From the NCBI RefSeq assembly GCF_964204645.1, contig NW_027437439.1, positions 75,001 to 139,000 on the forward strand: a DNA stretch of 64,000 nt, given 5' to 3'. The translations under genes and the position numbers were made by a program. The notes beneath the pieces are model-generated. The model made no database searches and had not been told where the DNA came from. It saw only the letters and a list, made by a program, of their open reading frames with translations. The first letter of the stretch is position 1. Every line of letters begins with the position of its first letter. Below are positions 22,501 through 34,097 of this stretch, piece by piece. The stretch is from Tubulanus polymorphus. Taxonomy: Eukaryota > Animalia > Nemertea.

Positions 22501-25500
22501 GTATTTGTTGAATTGTTTTCGACGTTTATCGTTAAATTCTGTTTGTTTTTGATATCGATTCTCTCAGATTCACAAATGAATGTCGTGTGCGTCTCCTCGA
22601 TTTGACACGGGAATCGAACCCAGTTCGCTGATCCTCGTGGATTATTCAGTATCATCGCCGTACACGGCATATTGACGTCATTTATCGGTTGTTTTCTTAG
22701 CGGAGATATCAATCCTCGAATAACTTCTGGTATCGTTTCATTAATAACAGGTTTATACCACTCTGTGTAGCTCAATGGTTTACCGTCAGTCCACGTGTAA
22801 TAACCATCATTCTGTTTCGTGAAGAAAATGAAATATATCACTTCTTTAAAAATCTTTCGATTTTAATTCATCTTTACATTAGTCTTACCTTCCATTTTAA
22901 TCCAATCATCATTATGAGCGCTTTTAATGTGTACGCCATTCGGCGAAGTTCTGTAGCGAATAATCTTTTGATGGAAATCATTTCCTGTTCTGAGTTGATA
23001 CTGAGTAGATGTCCCGCGTACTTCTGTCTACAGTATATTTCAGCGTTCTCCCAATTCAGACGTTCATCTCTGATGAATTTGATGCAAGAAATTCCGGAAT
23101 CCAGAAATCCTTGTTTACAGTAGAAATCATCGAAATGTTTAATCGGTAACGACTCGTGTAAAGTGTATTGTATTTGAAATGTCGGGATATGATTATTAAC
23201 TTCAAAACGCAGAGTATTATCTGTTAAACTATGAAATATAAATCCACGAACCGCGTTATTTTCACATATTTTAGTTTCATGTTGGTTACTAATAATTTTA
23301 GATATTTTTCCATTTAGGAAAAGGTTGAAAATAATAATCTGCATCAATATGATCGGATCATTTCGACGGGCATTGTTTGTTTCACATGAAACTAGTCCAA
23401 TAGATTTGACAATAAATCTGTAATATTGAAATATATTTTGTTGTATCGGGTTTTCAAATTTATATGAAATAGATTTTAATGTACCTCCTGCCTCACCCGG
23501 GTAGTTCGGTGACTGCACGAGTCCACATTGATCTTTAGTAGTAACTGGAAGACGGGAACCGGCAAATCCAAAACTTTCCGCTTTTTTCACTCCTAGACAT
23601 TTACGACGTAGTTTAACTATTAGTGGATACTGCCAGAATCCAATCTCATAAACTGTGAAATCTACAGTGTTTAATACGAGACTGTTATTAAGAAACTGAT
23701 TACTCAAACTCAGAAACTGATCACATCGCCATGACATCTTGAGAAAACATCGGTCAATTTGATATTCGTGTTCTGATAATATGTGAATATTTTTCGAGCG
23801 AAGGCGTCGATTTTCAGGTGTAATCACGAGACAGTGTGACGTCATATTGATCTGACGTTCTTCATCCTGTAGAACGTAACCGTCACAATCAGTAGGAGCT
23901 AATTTAAGATATGACCTGCTGGGATCACCAACTGTTAACTGATTGTTATAGTAATAAGCGTATGCTACTACAGTAACCGGTCCACCTGATGTAATCAGGC
24001 TGACGACAGATCGACCGTAGTATGAACCAGGACAATACGGACCATAGCGTCTAGCTGTGAAATTACTACCATCAAATATATAAAAACCAGCTCGATCACA
24101 GTTTTCTGATAACACTGTTAGTTTCAACTGTTCTTCATAGATGTTCACTTTCCAGTTTAGTTGTAATGTAGTTACACGATACAATGTATTCTTTGTTCTC
24201 GGGAACAATCGATTATCTGATATTGAGTTTGTGAGTGAATGCTGGAATATAAGAGAATTGATTACAACATTGAACGTTTACAATACGACAATTTCAAACC
24301 AATCACAACCTGAAAATATCGATGATAGTTGTAATCCAAAATAAATTTAAATTCTTACACAAATCATCATAATTACTCTGCGTAAACAACAAGTGCGTCC
24401 GAATATATTGTAATTTGGGTCACACATAACATTGTTATTCCAATTTTTTCGATAAAGTTTCGCTGGTCAATATCGCCATCAAAATCATAGATTATTACAA
24501 TGATTCTATTACACGAACCTAATTTACAAATTCACTGTAATAAACTTACCGATATCTGTGGCTTGTTGACGTAGACGTCTGATATTGTCATCGATTTCGC
24601 TTCAAATTCTATTTTCAAATTCGATCTTAAATAATCCGATGTCGTTAAAACGCACAGAATCACGAGAAATCCGTCTGATTTTACACTCAGGGATTTAAGA
24701 TGGTTAAAACTGAGTAAAATATCAGTTCTCACAATACGTAACCCTTCCTGTTTATATACACCAACGACACCTGGTGACGAGACGAGATCACGTGTCCAGT
24801 TGAAGACGACGTACTGCAGAACATCGATAGTGATAGACCAGCAGTATAAGTCTTTAGACTGAGTTACTATAGGTGGTATTCCATCAATTGTAGTGAGCAG
24901 TCCTGATTTATTGTAGACTTGAATTAACGGGTTAGAGATGTTCCAATCTGATATTTGGTAAACTTGCACGAGTAACTGTGACTTAAACGACAGTTTATTT
25001 GAAATGAATTCAATACGTGCTTTATTAGTTTTAGTATAAAACGATGAAGGCGGATGTCCGGTTTGTTCTCGTATAAGAGCTATAGGTTCACTGGTTCTGT
25101 TCCATCCGTCGTAAATTTGAGGACGAGTTTTCATCGGATCCTCACCTGGTCTTAATCTGAAATCTATCTCTATAAACGTTAAATTCATTGCAAACCTGTC
25201 TGGCATCTCGATCCATTCAAACAACAATTTACATCGCCGAGTAGAAATTGTGAATTTATAACCTGTTTGAGTTGGTATTTCGTTTACTGCACGTTTTGAG
25301 CATTTATGTACAATTTTCAAACGACTCTGTTCTTCAAAACGATATATAATATAAAGCCGACTACCTCGCACTCCATCGATGTTACTCCTAAACAACAACG
25401 AAATCAAATCGTTACTGCGGATATCTAGTTGTTTTCTTCCGGTAGCGCAGAGTTTGTTGTCGGACTCACCGACGAGTAGGTAGTTTTCGTTACAGAATAT

Positions 25501-25776
25501 CGACGGCTCGATGTCGTAGTAAACGTGAACGAGAAAACTTCCCGGTAAAGAGCTGTTTACGAACCAACGGCATTCAACACCGCGCACTAACGACGGATAG
25601 TTCGGTGAAACGATGTAACCAGACGTAGAATCGACGGAGTATTGAGTGCTGTTACAAGATGAACTGACTGTAACAGACGCGGCTTCCTCGGCAGAGTTTG
25701 CGCGATCAGTCCGCGTAAATATACAGTCTCCGCAAGCGATCAGTAAAACTACGAACAACGCTTTCATTCGCTGCAT
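19557..25776 (-). CDS. GRL101/LGR type C2-like GPCR, copy 1 (~1,944 aa); exons 25776-24550, 24241-22889, 22811-19557
   Basis: Both introns are GT-AG, phase 0 and frame-preserving. Signal peptide, CUB-like domains (GYIVSPNYP, GLVQSPNYP), two C-type lectin domains, ~6-7 LDLa repeats, LRRs, hinge YKFCC...CSDLM, 7TM with GVCLP, CWLP and NPLLY. Confidence 0.9.
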
Positions 25777-26319
25777 ATTGAACACAATTCACGCTTCAAA
25801 ACAAATACATCTCTAACTATCTCCAAGTTTGCGCGACATTTCTCATAAGAGTCGTTGCAAAGTAATGACGAGTTGTCAGAATGTCAGAAGTTGACGAATT
25901 GATCGAGTCCAATTGTTTTGTAAAAAGATCTCCCATCAAACTGGCGCCAGTGTCGTATTTCTGTTACTTTCACCTGCGCTCGGTTTCGCAGTAATTACCG
26001 CGGTTTCTAAATTTAGACGTGTTTCAATATATCGTGTTCTATAATCATGTGCAATTATTTCTCTAAAAATATTTACTGTCACTCCCGAACTGCGTTCAGT
26101 TTGTGATAATATTCGACGACATTTTCTATCTATACCTCAAAATATTCTGCGTCTCTGTAAAACACTTCGTCAATATCTGTTTCGACAATTCATACTCTAC
26201 AGTCAATATGATAACTGAGTTGAAGCTAAGTGACGCGCGTGGATATCTGATTCTGGCGGGTGAGGACTGGTTCGGTACTAACTTTTCGCAGAGCCAACGC
26301 CAACCAAGTAAGACTCGGA

Positions 26320-26465
26320 TGACAGCGGTAGAAAAGAAACTGTGCTTATAACGAGCCAACAAATGCAGCAAATACCGATAACGTATTTTGGAGTTATGAT
26401 TGGACAGCTAGAAAACGGGTTGACGAAATTTGAATATCTCTGACGTGAAAGAATTAAGTGAAAAA
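26320..26465 (-). pseudogene. Displaced TM3-TM4 fragment of the same receptor, upstream of exon 1
   Basis: ILSRQRYSNFVNPFSSCPIITPKYVIGICCICWLVISTV; related pieces at ~14430-14520, ~28340-28400, ~40865-40890 and twice at ~58860-59170. Confidence 0.8.
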
Positions 26466-26548
26466 TCAAAGCAGTCTCTATTCATCACTCTTGATGGCTA
26501 GAATTTATGAATACAAATAACAGTATTTCCTGCTGCTGCTGCCGCTAC

Positions 26549-26584
<36 letters not shown>

Positions 26585-26939
26585 ACACTACTACTGCTGC
26601 TGCTAAGATCGTTCTAAGATTATTCTTCGAATTCAGTGATAATTCGAGTGACAGACAATGGACATTTGATTAATTGAATTTTTTGTATATTTCCTATGTT
26701 GATATCATCTTAATTTATTTTAGGTGATAATCAATTGCAAATAGTTCTAAGATTTGTGCTTTATTCCTGTGACAATTCGAGTGACAATTCAATAATGGAA
26801 ATGTGATTGATTGTGTTGCAAATTTATATTTATTTTAATTCGATTTTGAAAGGATTTAAATTACTGCATAGAACTATCATTTTAACGAGGACTGTTAGAG
26901 AATATCTGATATTATATCTACTTCATATATTAGGTAGGA

Positions 26940-28330
26940 TATTGAAGTGCACATATGTCTCTCACGTGAGGTTAGGTTAGTAAAAAGGGTGATCTATAAT
27001 ATTTTTATCAATTAGGTCCACTAATCTAAATAGTAATATGCGAAGTTGCCGAGGGATGCTTTCGACAGTTCACATCTCGTGTATGAATTAGTATAGTTGA
27101 CTCCCTGTCTCTGGGATCTCACTCGGGAATCCAACCTAAACTTAAACATTGATTCTTCCAGTCAGAATAGAAATATGAAATTGTTGTTTTTCAGATTAGC
27201 CATTCCTCACTAAGGACCTGATTGCTGCCAATATCACGAGGCTGACTAAACCAATGCTGTGAACTCCAGGCTTTTCTAGATAATCCATGATGCTCCACAC
27301 AGAAATTAGTGGTGAGTAGATTTGTTATTTTTAATACTAACTATAACAGATTACAATGTGCATGTATCGAGCCAAATAAGAAATTATTATTGAGATCAAT
27401 ACTTTTTTCAGATAAGCTCTACATCCTCAGGACCTGATTGCTGCTGTCAATGCTTGCTGAATAAACCAACAAGACCGGACCGATATTATTCCCGTTGCTT
27501 GGGTGTCACATCTCCCAATGAAATGATAACTGATCGAAAAAATTCATGAAGTTCCACTCATGAATCGATGAGCAGACATTTTTATTTGAATTCTAAATGT
27601 CAAACTTAAGTTAGGCCGGATTCAAGCTGATTCAAGTCTCATTAAACACTTAAGTTGCTTTCTCAGAGACGATCTTCCTGTGCAGGATCTGATTGCTGCC
27701 AATGCGCGTTGACTAAACCGACAAATACAGTTTCCAGATTCCAGACCTTCCTCACTTCATCAGGACCTGATTGCATCGAGTACGTCCCGACTAAAACAAC
27801 CTGGTCTGATAGGGGACTCCTGTGAGCTGAATGTTAAATCCCTTCGAGGAAAAGATGATCTAAAACTGTTCGCATAAATCGGTGAGTAGAAATGATAAAT
27901 TATTTCTCTATAGGAAACTGAGGTGAGGTTAGATCTTAATTTTAACAGGGAATTTCGTGTTCACTCACGGGTGACGAGGGTGGATATACAAACTACCATC
28001 GTCACGCATTGAATCATCCATTAGAATTTCAAGTATTGGTTTTTTTTTAAATAATGCACTTTCGCCATTTCTCTGGATCTGTTTGCTACCGTGTCGATTG
28101 GACCAACCCAAATCGACTGGAGGACTCAAACTCTTCCGGAATAAACTAAGGAGCTCCACGAGTCGCATGAATCATGGCGAGTAGACATTTTGTGGAGTCA
28201 AAATGTCTAATCACCATGATTTAATTTCAATACACTGCATAGCTATGTGATGTCCATTCAAAACTTGTGTTTCAAAAATGAGCGCAAATTATCGCAACAA
28301 TGGGGACCTCGAGGGACCGCCACAAAATGG
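26940..28330 (+). ncRNA. Putative spliced non-coding unit, copy 1
   Basis: Successive ttttcag acceptors and gtgag donors; exons carry the repeated motif GGACCTGATTGCTGYCAAT...GACTAAACC; 9-nt microexon at 27914-27922; no conserved ORF. Confidence 0.45.
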
Positions 28331-28450
28331 AAACGACTTTTAGAAAACGGGTTGGCGATATTTAGATATATACGATATTTAGAATTGAGAGATATGTTAA
28401 AGCAGCCTCTATTTATTACTCTTGATGATTTGAATAAATAAAAATAACTC

Positions 28451-28674
<224 letters not shown>

Positions 28675-28780
28675 ACGATATTTAGATATATACGCGATAG
28701 TTCTAAGAAATTCGAGTTTCAGACAATGGACATTTGATTAATTGAATTTATTGCATATTTACTATGATGATATCGTCTTA

Positions 28781-28987
28781 TAAAAATATGTATTATAAAT
28801 GGAGAGTAAACAAGCACACAGTGAGAACAACAAATCATTCCTAGATAGAATAAAAGATACTTCAAATGTCAAATCAGTAGATTATAAATTTAAGAAGTTA
28901 AAAGAATTAATAATCCATTATAAATATCTAATTACAAATATTGATACAGTTACTAACAAATATGGAGATAAATTAGTTATACACTAA
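28781..28987 (+). pseudogene. Isolated fragment of the viral 113-aa gene from a related variant
   Basis: MESKQAHSENNKSFLDRIKDTSNVKSVDYKFKKL versus MESKQVHSEFLDRIKDTTNVKSVDYKFKKL at 7642; retains TATAAATG. Confidence 0.9.
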
Positions 28988-29361
28988 TTAATTTTAATTT
29001 CATTTGTTTATGATAAGATTCGTGTTTAATTTCAGCGACGATTCGAGTTATAGACAATGAAAATGTTATTTATATTACAGACAATGAAGATTTGATAAAT
29101 TGAATTTATTGCATATTTCCTATGATGATATCATCTTAATTTATTTTAGGTGATAATCAATTGCAAATAGTTCTAAGATTCGTGGTTGATTCCTGTGAAA
29201 ATTCGAGTGACAATTCAATAATTGAAATGTGATTGATAAATTGTGTTGCAAACTGATTTTTCTTTCAATTCGATTTTGAAAGGATTTAATTTACTGCATA
29301 GAACTATCATTTTAACGAGGACTGTTAGAGAATATCTGATATTATATCTAATTCATATATT

Positions 29362-31435
29362 CTACTTCGAAACTCGGAATTGCACTTGCGCGAAACGACG
29401 CAAAATCGTTCTGGCGTATTCTAAAATCCACCCAGGAAAAAAACGAAAGAAAGGGTAATAAACCGACATTAAATGAATTCGAAACTTATTTTGCCGGCCT
29501 GGGCGAATCCGTGAACAATGCTACTATTGATCCCGACCTCCAACTTAATAATCGAGACCAATTAAAGTCGCAGGAGCCACGTGATTTAGATTTTCCTGTT
29601 ACGATAGAGGAAGTGAAATTTGCAATAAAAAAACTGAAACGCGGAAAATCGCCTGGATTAGATGATATACTTCCTTTGTACTATGTTTGTAGCAGCAGTT
29701 GATACCTTGGCGCCTACCCTGACTATACATTTTAATGCCATTTTAGAAACCGGTTTGTACCCAAGCGACTGGTGTGAGGGTTGTATTACTCCGATCTATA
29801 AAAAGGGCTCCGTATCAGATCCCAATAACTATAGAGGGATAACTGTGCTAAGCTGTTTCGGAAAGGTCTTTTCTACCATTATTAACACTCGTATAATTCA
29901 GTGGACAGAAACATATATCATATCATAAACGAATGTCAGGCTGGCTTTAGGCCAAACAACGGTACTACGCAACAATCGTTTGTGATATCATCCTTAATTA
30001 ACCATTGTCTTCAGTCGAAAATGAAAGGTGTGTGCTTTGCGTTTATCGATTTCTCTAAGGCCTTCGATGTTCTAAATCATGAGATATTATGGAAGAAATT
30101 AATCCAATCGGGAATTACAGGCAAAGTTTATAATATGTTGCGCTCAATGTATGCTAGTAATAGATCCTGTGTAAAAAGTGATGGTTTCCTATCTCGGTTT
30201 TTTAACTCTGATACTGGAGTGAGACAGGGGCGGAATGCATTTCACCAGCTCTTCGTAATCTCTATATAAATGATATGGAAAATTTCATTATTGAAAACGG
30301 TCACACTGGTGTAGATTTTGAATTCTTTAGAATATACCTCTTGCTCCATGCTGATGACACTGTCATCGTGGCTAAATCACCCACAGAGCTGCAGAGATCT
30401 CTAGATATACTTAACCAATATTGTACAAAAATGAAACTATCAGTCAACACTGAAAAAACCAAAGTCATGAAAGTATGCTATCGTAGGTCTGCATTTCAAC
30501 CACTTAGGTGTGTCTACGATGGTAATCAGCTTGACGAGGTATCTGTGTTTAAATATCTAGGATTGATTACACAGGGTAATGGCTGTCTCAGACATTCAAT
30601 AGAATCTTTAGCTGATCAAGGATTAAATGCTATGTTTGCAATGAAGAAGTATTTGCTAAGTGCAAGACTCTTGACCCCAAAAGTAAAGGGGGATATTTTT
30701 GATAAACTTGTAAAATCAGTCTTAATGTATAGTTCTCCGGTATTGGCATTCCAGAACTTAGAGGCTATTGAATCTGTACACCTTAAATTTTGTAAATATG
30801 TGCTAAGACTAAGACGTTCTACTCCTAATGTAATGGTCTATGGAGAACTGGGCAGGTATCCCATTAGCGTTGACGTTGCTATTTCTGTTTGTAAGTTTTG
30901 GGTAAAAATATTAGATTCCCCTGCCTGGACAAGCTTGAGAAAAACTTACGATCTGTTACTAATGGACTCGAATAATGTTCCAAATGCAAAAAACTGGGCA
31001 ACAGATATGCGAGATTTGTTGAACCGCCTAGGTTTAGGTAATTTTTGGCTAGACTAGGCTATATACAATAAAACTCTGAGGGATATTTAGATATCAGCGA
31101 CCATCATTTGGTTAACATTTTAAGTAAATTTAGGTGTAGTAATCATAACCTGCATGTTGAAACTGGAAGATGGGCCCGACCCATCACACCCAGAGAACAG
31201 CGTATATGTAGCCTTTGTAACACTGACCAAGTAGAAGATGAGTACCACGTATTGAAATGCTTACAGTGCCCTGAGAAGCAATCTTCTTTCGAACTATTAT
31301 GTTCACCATCCATCTGTCTTCAAATTTATTAACTTATTATCTTCCAACTCTCCTGCCACCATTATAAAACTAGGCAAGTGTTTATATCAATTATTTAAAA
31401 GAAGAAAATTGCTACTCAGGGACGATAATCTCTAA
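29362..31435 (+). mobile_element. 5'-truncated, frameshifted non-LTR retrotransposon ORF2 (RT; clade uncertain)
   Basis: KSPGLD, NYRGITVLS, QAGFR, FIDFSKAFD, GVRQG, LHADD, FKYLG, ELGRYP and C-terminal ETGRW..RICSLC..EDEYH. Confidence 0.9.
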
Positions 31436-31504
31436 ATCGCATAAACCGTCATGGGAGATATTGTTGTTTTGCTTTATCCCGTATTGTAATAAAATTAGTA
31501 TAAC

Positions 31505-32328
31505 TGTTATAGACTGATCTTAAGAATGATAATGGATAATAATGAAGTTCCGAAGCAAAAGTACTTTAAATAATTCAAAAAAAGAAACAATGAGCATTAC
31601 CGTAATTTGAGACGAATACTTAAGTTTTAAAAATATATTTAATTTGAGTATCCTGGATGTTAATTAAGAACAAAGTCTCTATAATCGCTAAAGTTTTATG
31701 AAAATTAATTTCTGTTAAATGATAATACTAGCTCTCTAAAGTTTCTCTTGTTGTATACGTCTGTTGGTAACTCGCAGAGAATAGCTGTTCTCTCAACGAT
31801 AAGCAAGGAGTGAGTAAATCATTCCGCGTCATGACAGGAGGGTTGGAAAGAAAAAGTTAGTTTAGCAAATCAGTTTCCCAAATAAATTTAGATTAGCGAA
31901 TCATTAGGGCTAAATTTTACATGACCAAAGCAGTCATGACAGTTAGGTTGCTGCTCCTTGCCAAAAGTCGAGTGGGAGAGTCGGTATTTTACGAATGCCG
32001 ATTCTTTCTATAAAAGGGATCCGCAGTCTTGGGAGAGCAGACACTCGATAGAGATTCGGTAGATACTTGATAGAAGCTTGTTTGGGACTTGATTCAGGAC
32101 AGTTACCAGCAGGAGAGTCCAATAGGAACTTAGAGTTAGGAACTGGACTGTGTTTTAACTGGAAAGCTTAGATTAATTATAAAGGTAAATACAATTCGTT
32201 TTACTATCATTATATTCATTCAAATTTTCGGCATTCTAGTTTTTTCTTGGGTTCGTGCACGGACACATTCTCTTGCCAGGGACCTATCATCGCTTTTATT
32301 AAACAACGGCTAAGGAGAGGATTGTGAC
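31505..32328 (+). mobile_element. Possible solo LTR
   Basis: Starts TGTTAT, has an internal TATAAAAG at ~32008 and ATTAAA near the end, ends ...TGTGAC; interrupts the repeated unit. Boundaries uncertain. Confidence 0.3.
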
Positions 32329-32579
32329 CGATGTATCACTATGATGATATCAACTTAATTTATATTAGTTGATAATCAATTGCAAATAGTTCTAAGATTC
32401 GTGCTTGATTCCTGTGAAAATTCGAGTGACGATTCAATGATGGAAATGTGATTGCTAAATTGTGTTGGAAATTGATTTTTCTTTCAATTCGATTTTGAAA
32501 GGATTTAAATTACTGCATAGAACTATCATTTTAACGAGGACTGTTAAAGAATATCTGATATTATATCTACTTCATGCAT

Positions 32580-33920
32580 TAGGTAGGATATTGAAGTGCA
32601 CATATGTCCCTTACGTGAGGTTAGGTGAGTAAAAAGGGAGATCTATTAGCTTTTTATCAATTAGGTCTACTAGATCTAAATTCTAATATGCGAAGTTGCC
32701 GAGGAATGCTTTCGACAGTTCACATCTCGTGTATGAATTAGTATAGTTGACTCCCTGTCTCTGGGATCTCACTCGGGCATCCAACCTAAACTTGAACATT
32801 GATTCAATCTTCCAGTCAGAACTGAAATATGAAATTGTTGTTTTTCAGATCAGCCATTCCTCACTGAGGACCTGATTGCTGTCAATACCCGGAAGCTGAG
32901 TAAACCGACGCTGTGAACTCCAGACATTTTTGAGATAATCCATGATGCTGCACACAGAAATTGGTGGTGAGTAGATTTGTAGGTTTTTATTACTGGCTAA
33001 AACAGATTACAATGTGCATGTATCGAGGCAAATTAAAGGTTATTATTGAGATCAATACTTTTTTCAGATATGCTCTACTTCCTCGGGACCTGATTGCTGT
33101 CAATGCGTGCTGGACTTAACCAACAAGACCGGACAGATATTATTCCTGTTGCTTGGGTGTCACATCTCCAAATGAAACGATAACTGATCGAAAAAATTCA
33201 TGAAGTTCCACTCACGAATCGGTAAGAGACATTTTAATTTCAATTCTAAATGTCAAACTTAAGTTGCGTCGGATTCAAGCTGATTCAAGTCTCATTAAAC
33301 TGTGGTTGCTTTTTCAGAGAAGACCTTCCTGTGCAGGATCTGATCGCTGCCAATGCGTGTTGACTAAACCGACAAATACAGTTTCCAGATTCCAGACCTT
33401 CATCACTTCATCATGACCTGATTGCATCAAGTGTGTGCCGACAAAAACAACCTGATCTGATAGAGAACTCATGTGAGCTGAATGATAAATCTCTTCGAGG
33501 AAAAGATAATCGAAAACTGCTCACATAAATCGGTGAGTAGACATTTTAAATTTTTTCACTATAGGAATCTGAGGTTAGGTAAGGTTTAATTTTAATTTTA
33601 ACAGGATATTTCGTGTTCACTCACGCGTGACGAGGGTGGATATACAAACTACCATCGTCACGCATTGAATCATCCAAGAGAATTTCAAATATTGGTTTTC
33701 TAAATGATGCACTTTCACCATTTCTCGGGATCAACCCAAATCGCGACCGGTAGACTCAAACTCTTCCGGCTACGGTCTCCACACGTCACATGAATCTAAT
33801 GTCTAATCACCATGATTTCATTTCAATAAACTGCAGAGTTATATGATATTGAATAACTACTTATGTTTCAAAAATGAGCGCAAATTATCGCAACAATGGG
33901 AACCTCGAGGGACCGCCACT
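32580..33920 (+). ncRNA. Putative spliced non-coding unit, copy 2
   Basis: Colinear with 26940-28330; microexon at 33565-33573. Confidence 0.45.
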
Positions 33921-34097
33921 AGATGGCGCCTAGAAACTGGAAACTTCTTTATTATGAATGATACAATGAATCATTGTATTCGTTAAACTTATCAGGTCGT
34001 GACCCCAAACGAACTCAACCAAGTTTTAGGATTTCGAGGTTCAAATCCAATTTATAGATAGGCAAATATTATAAAGTGACTCTTGTCAAACTGTTGT

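Noticed and set aside
27215-27260. Hammerhead in the repeated CCTGATTGC motif
   Set aside because: The core is CTGATTG, not CTGANGA, and no stem II-GAAA follows.
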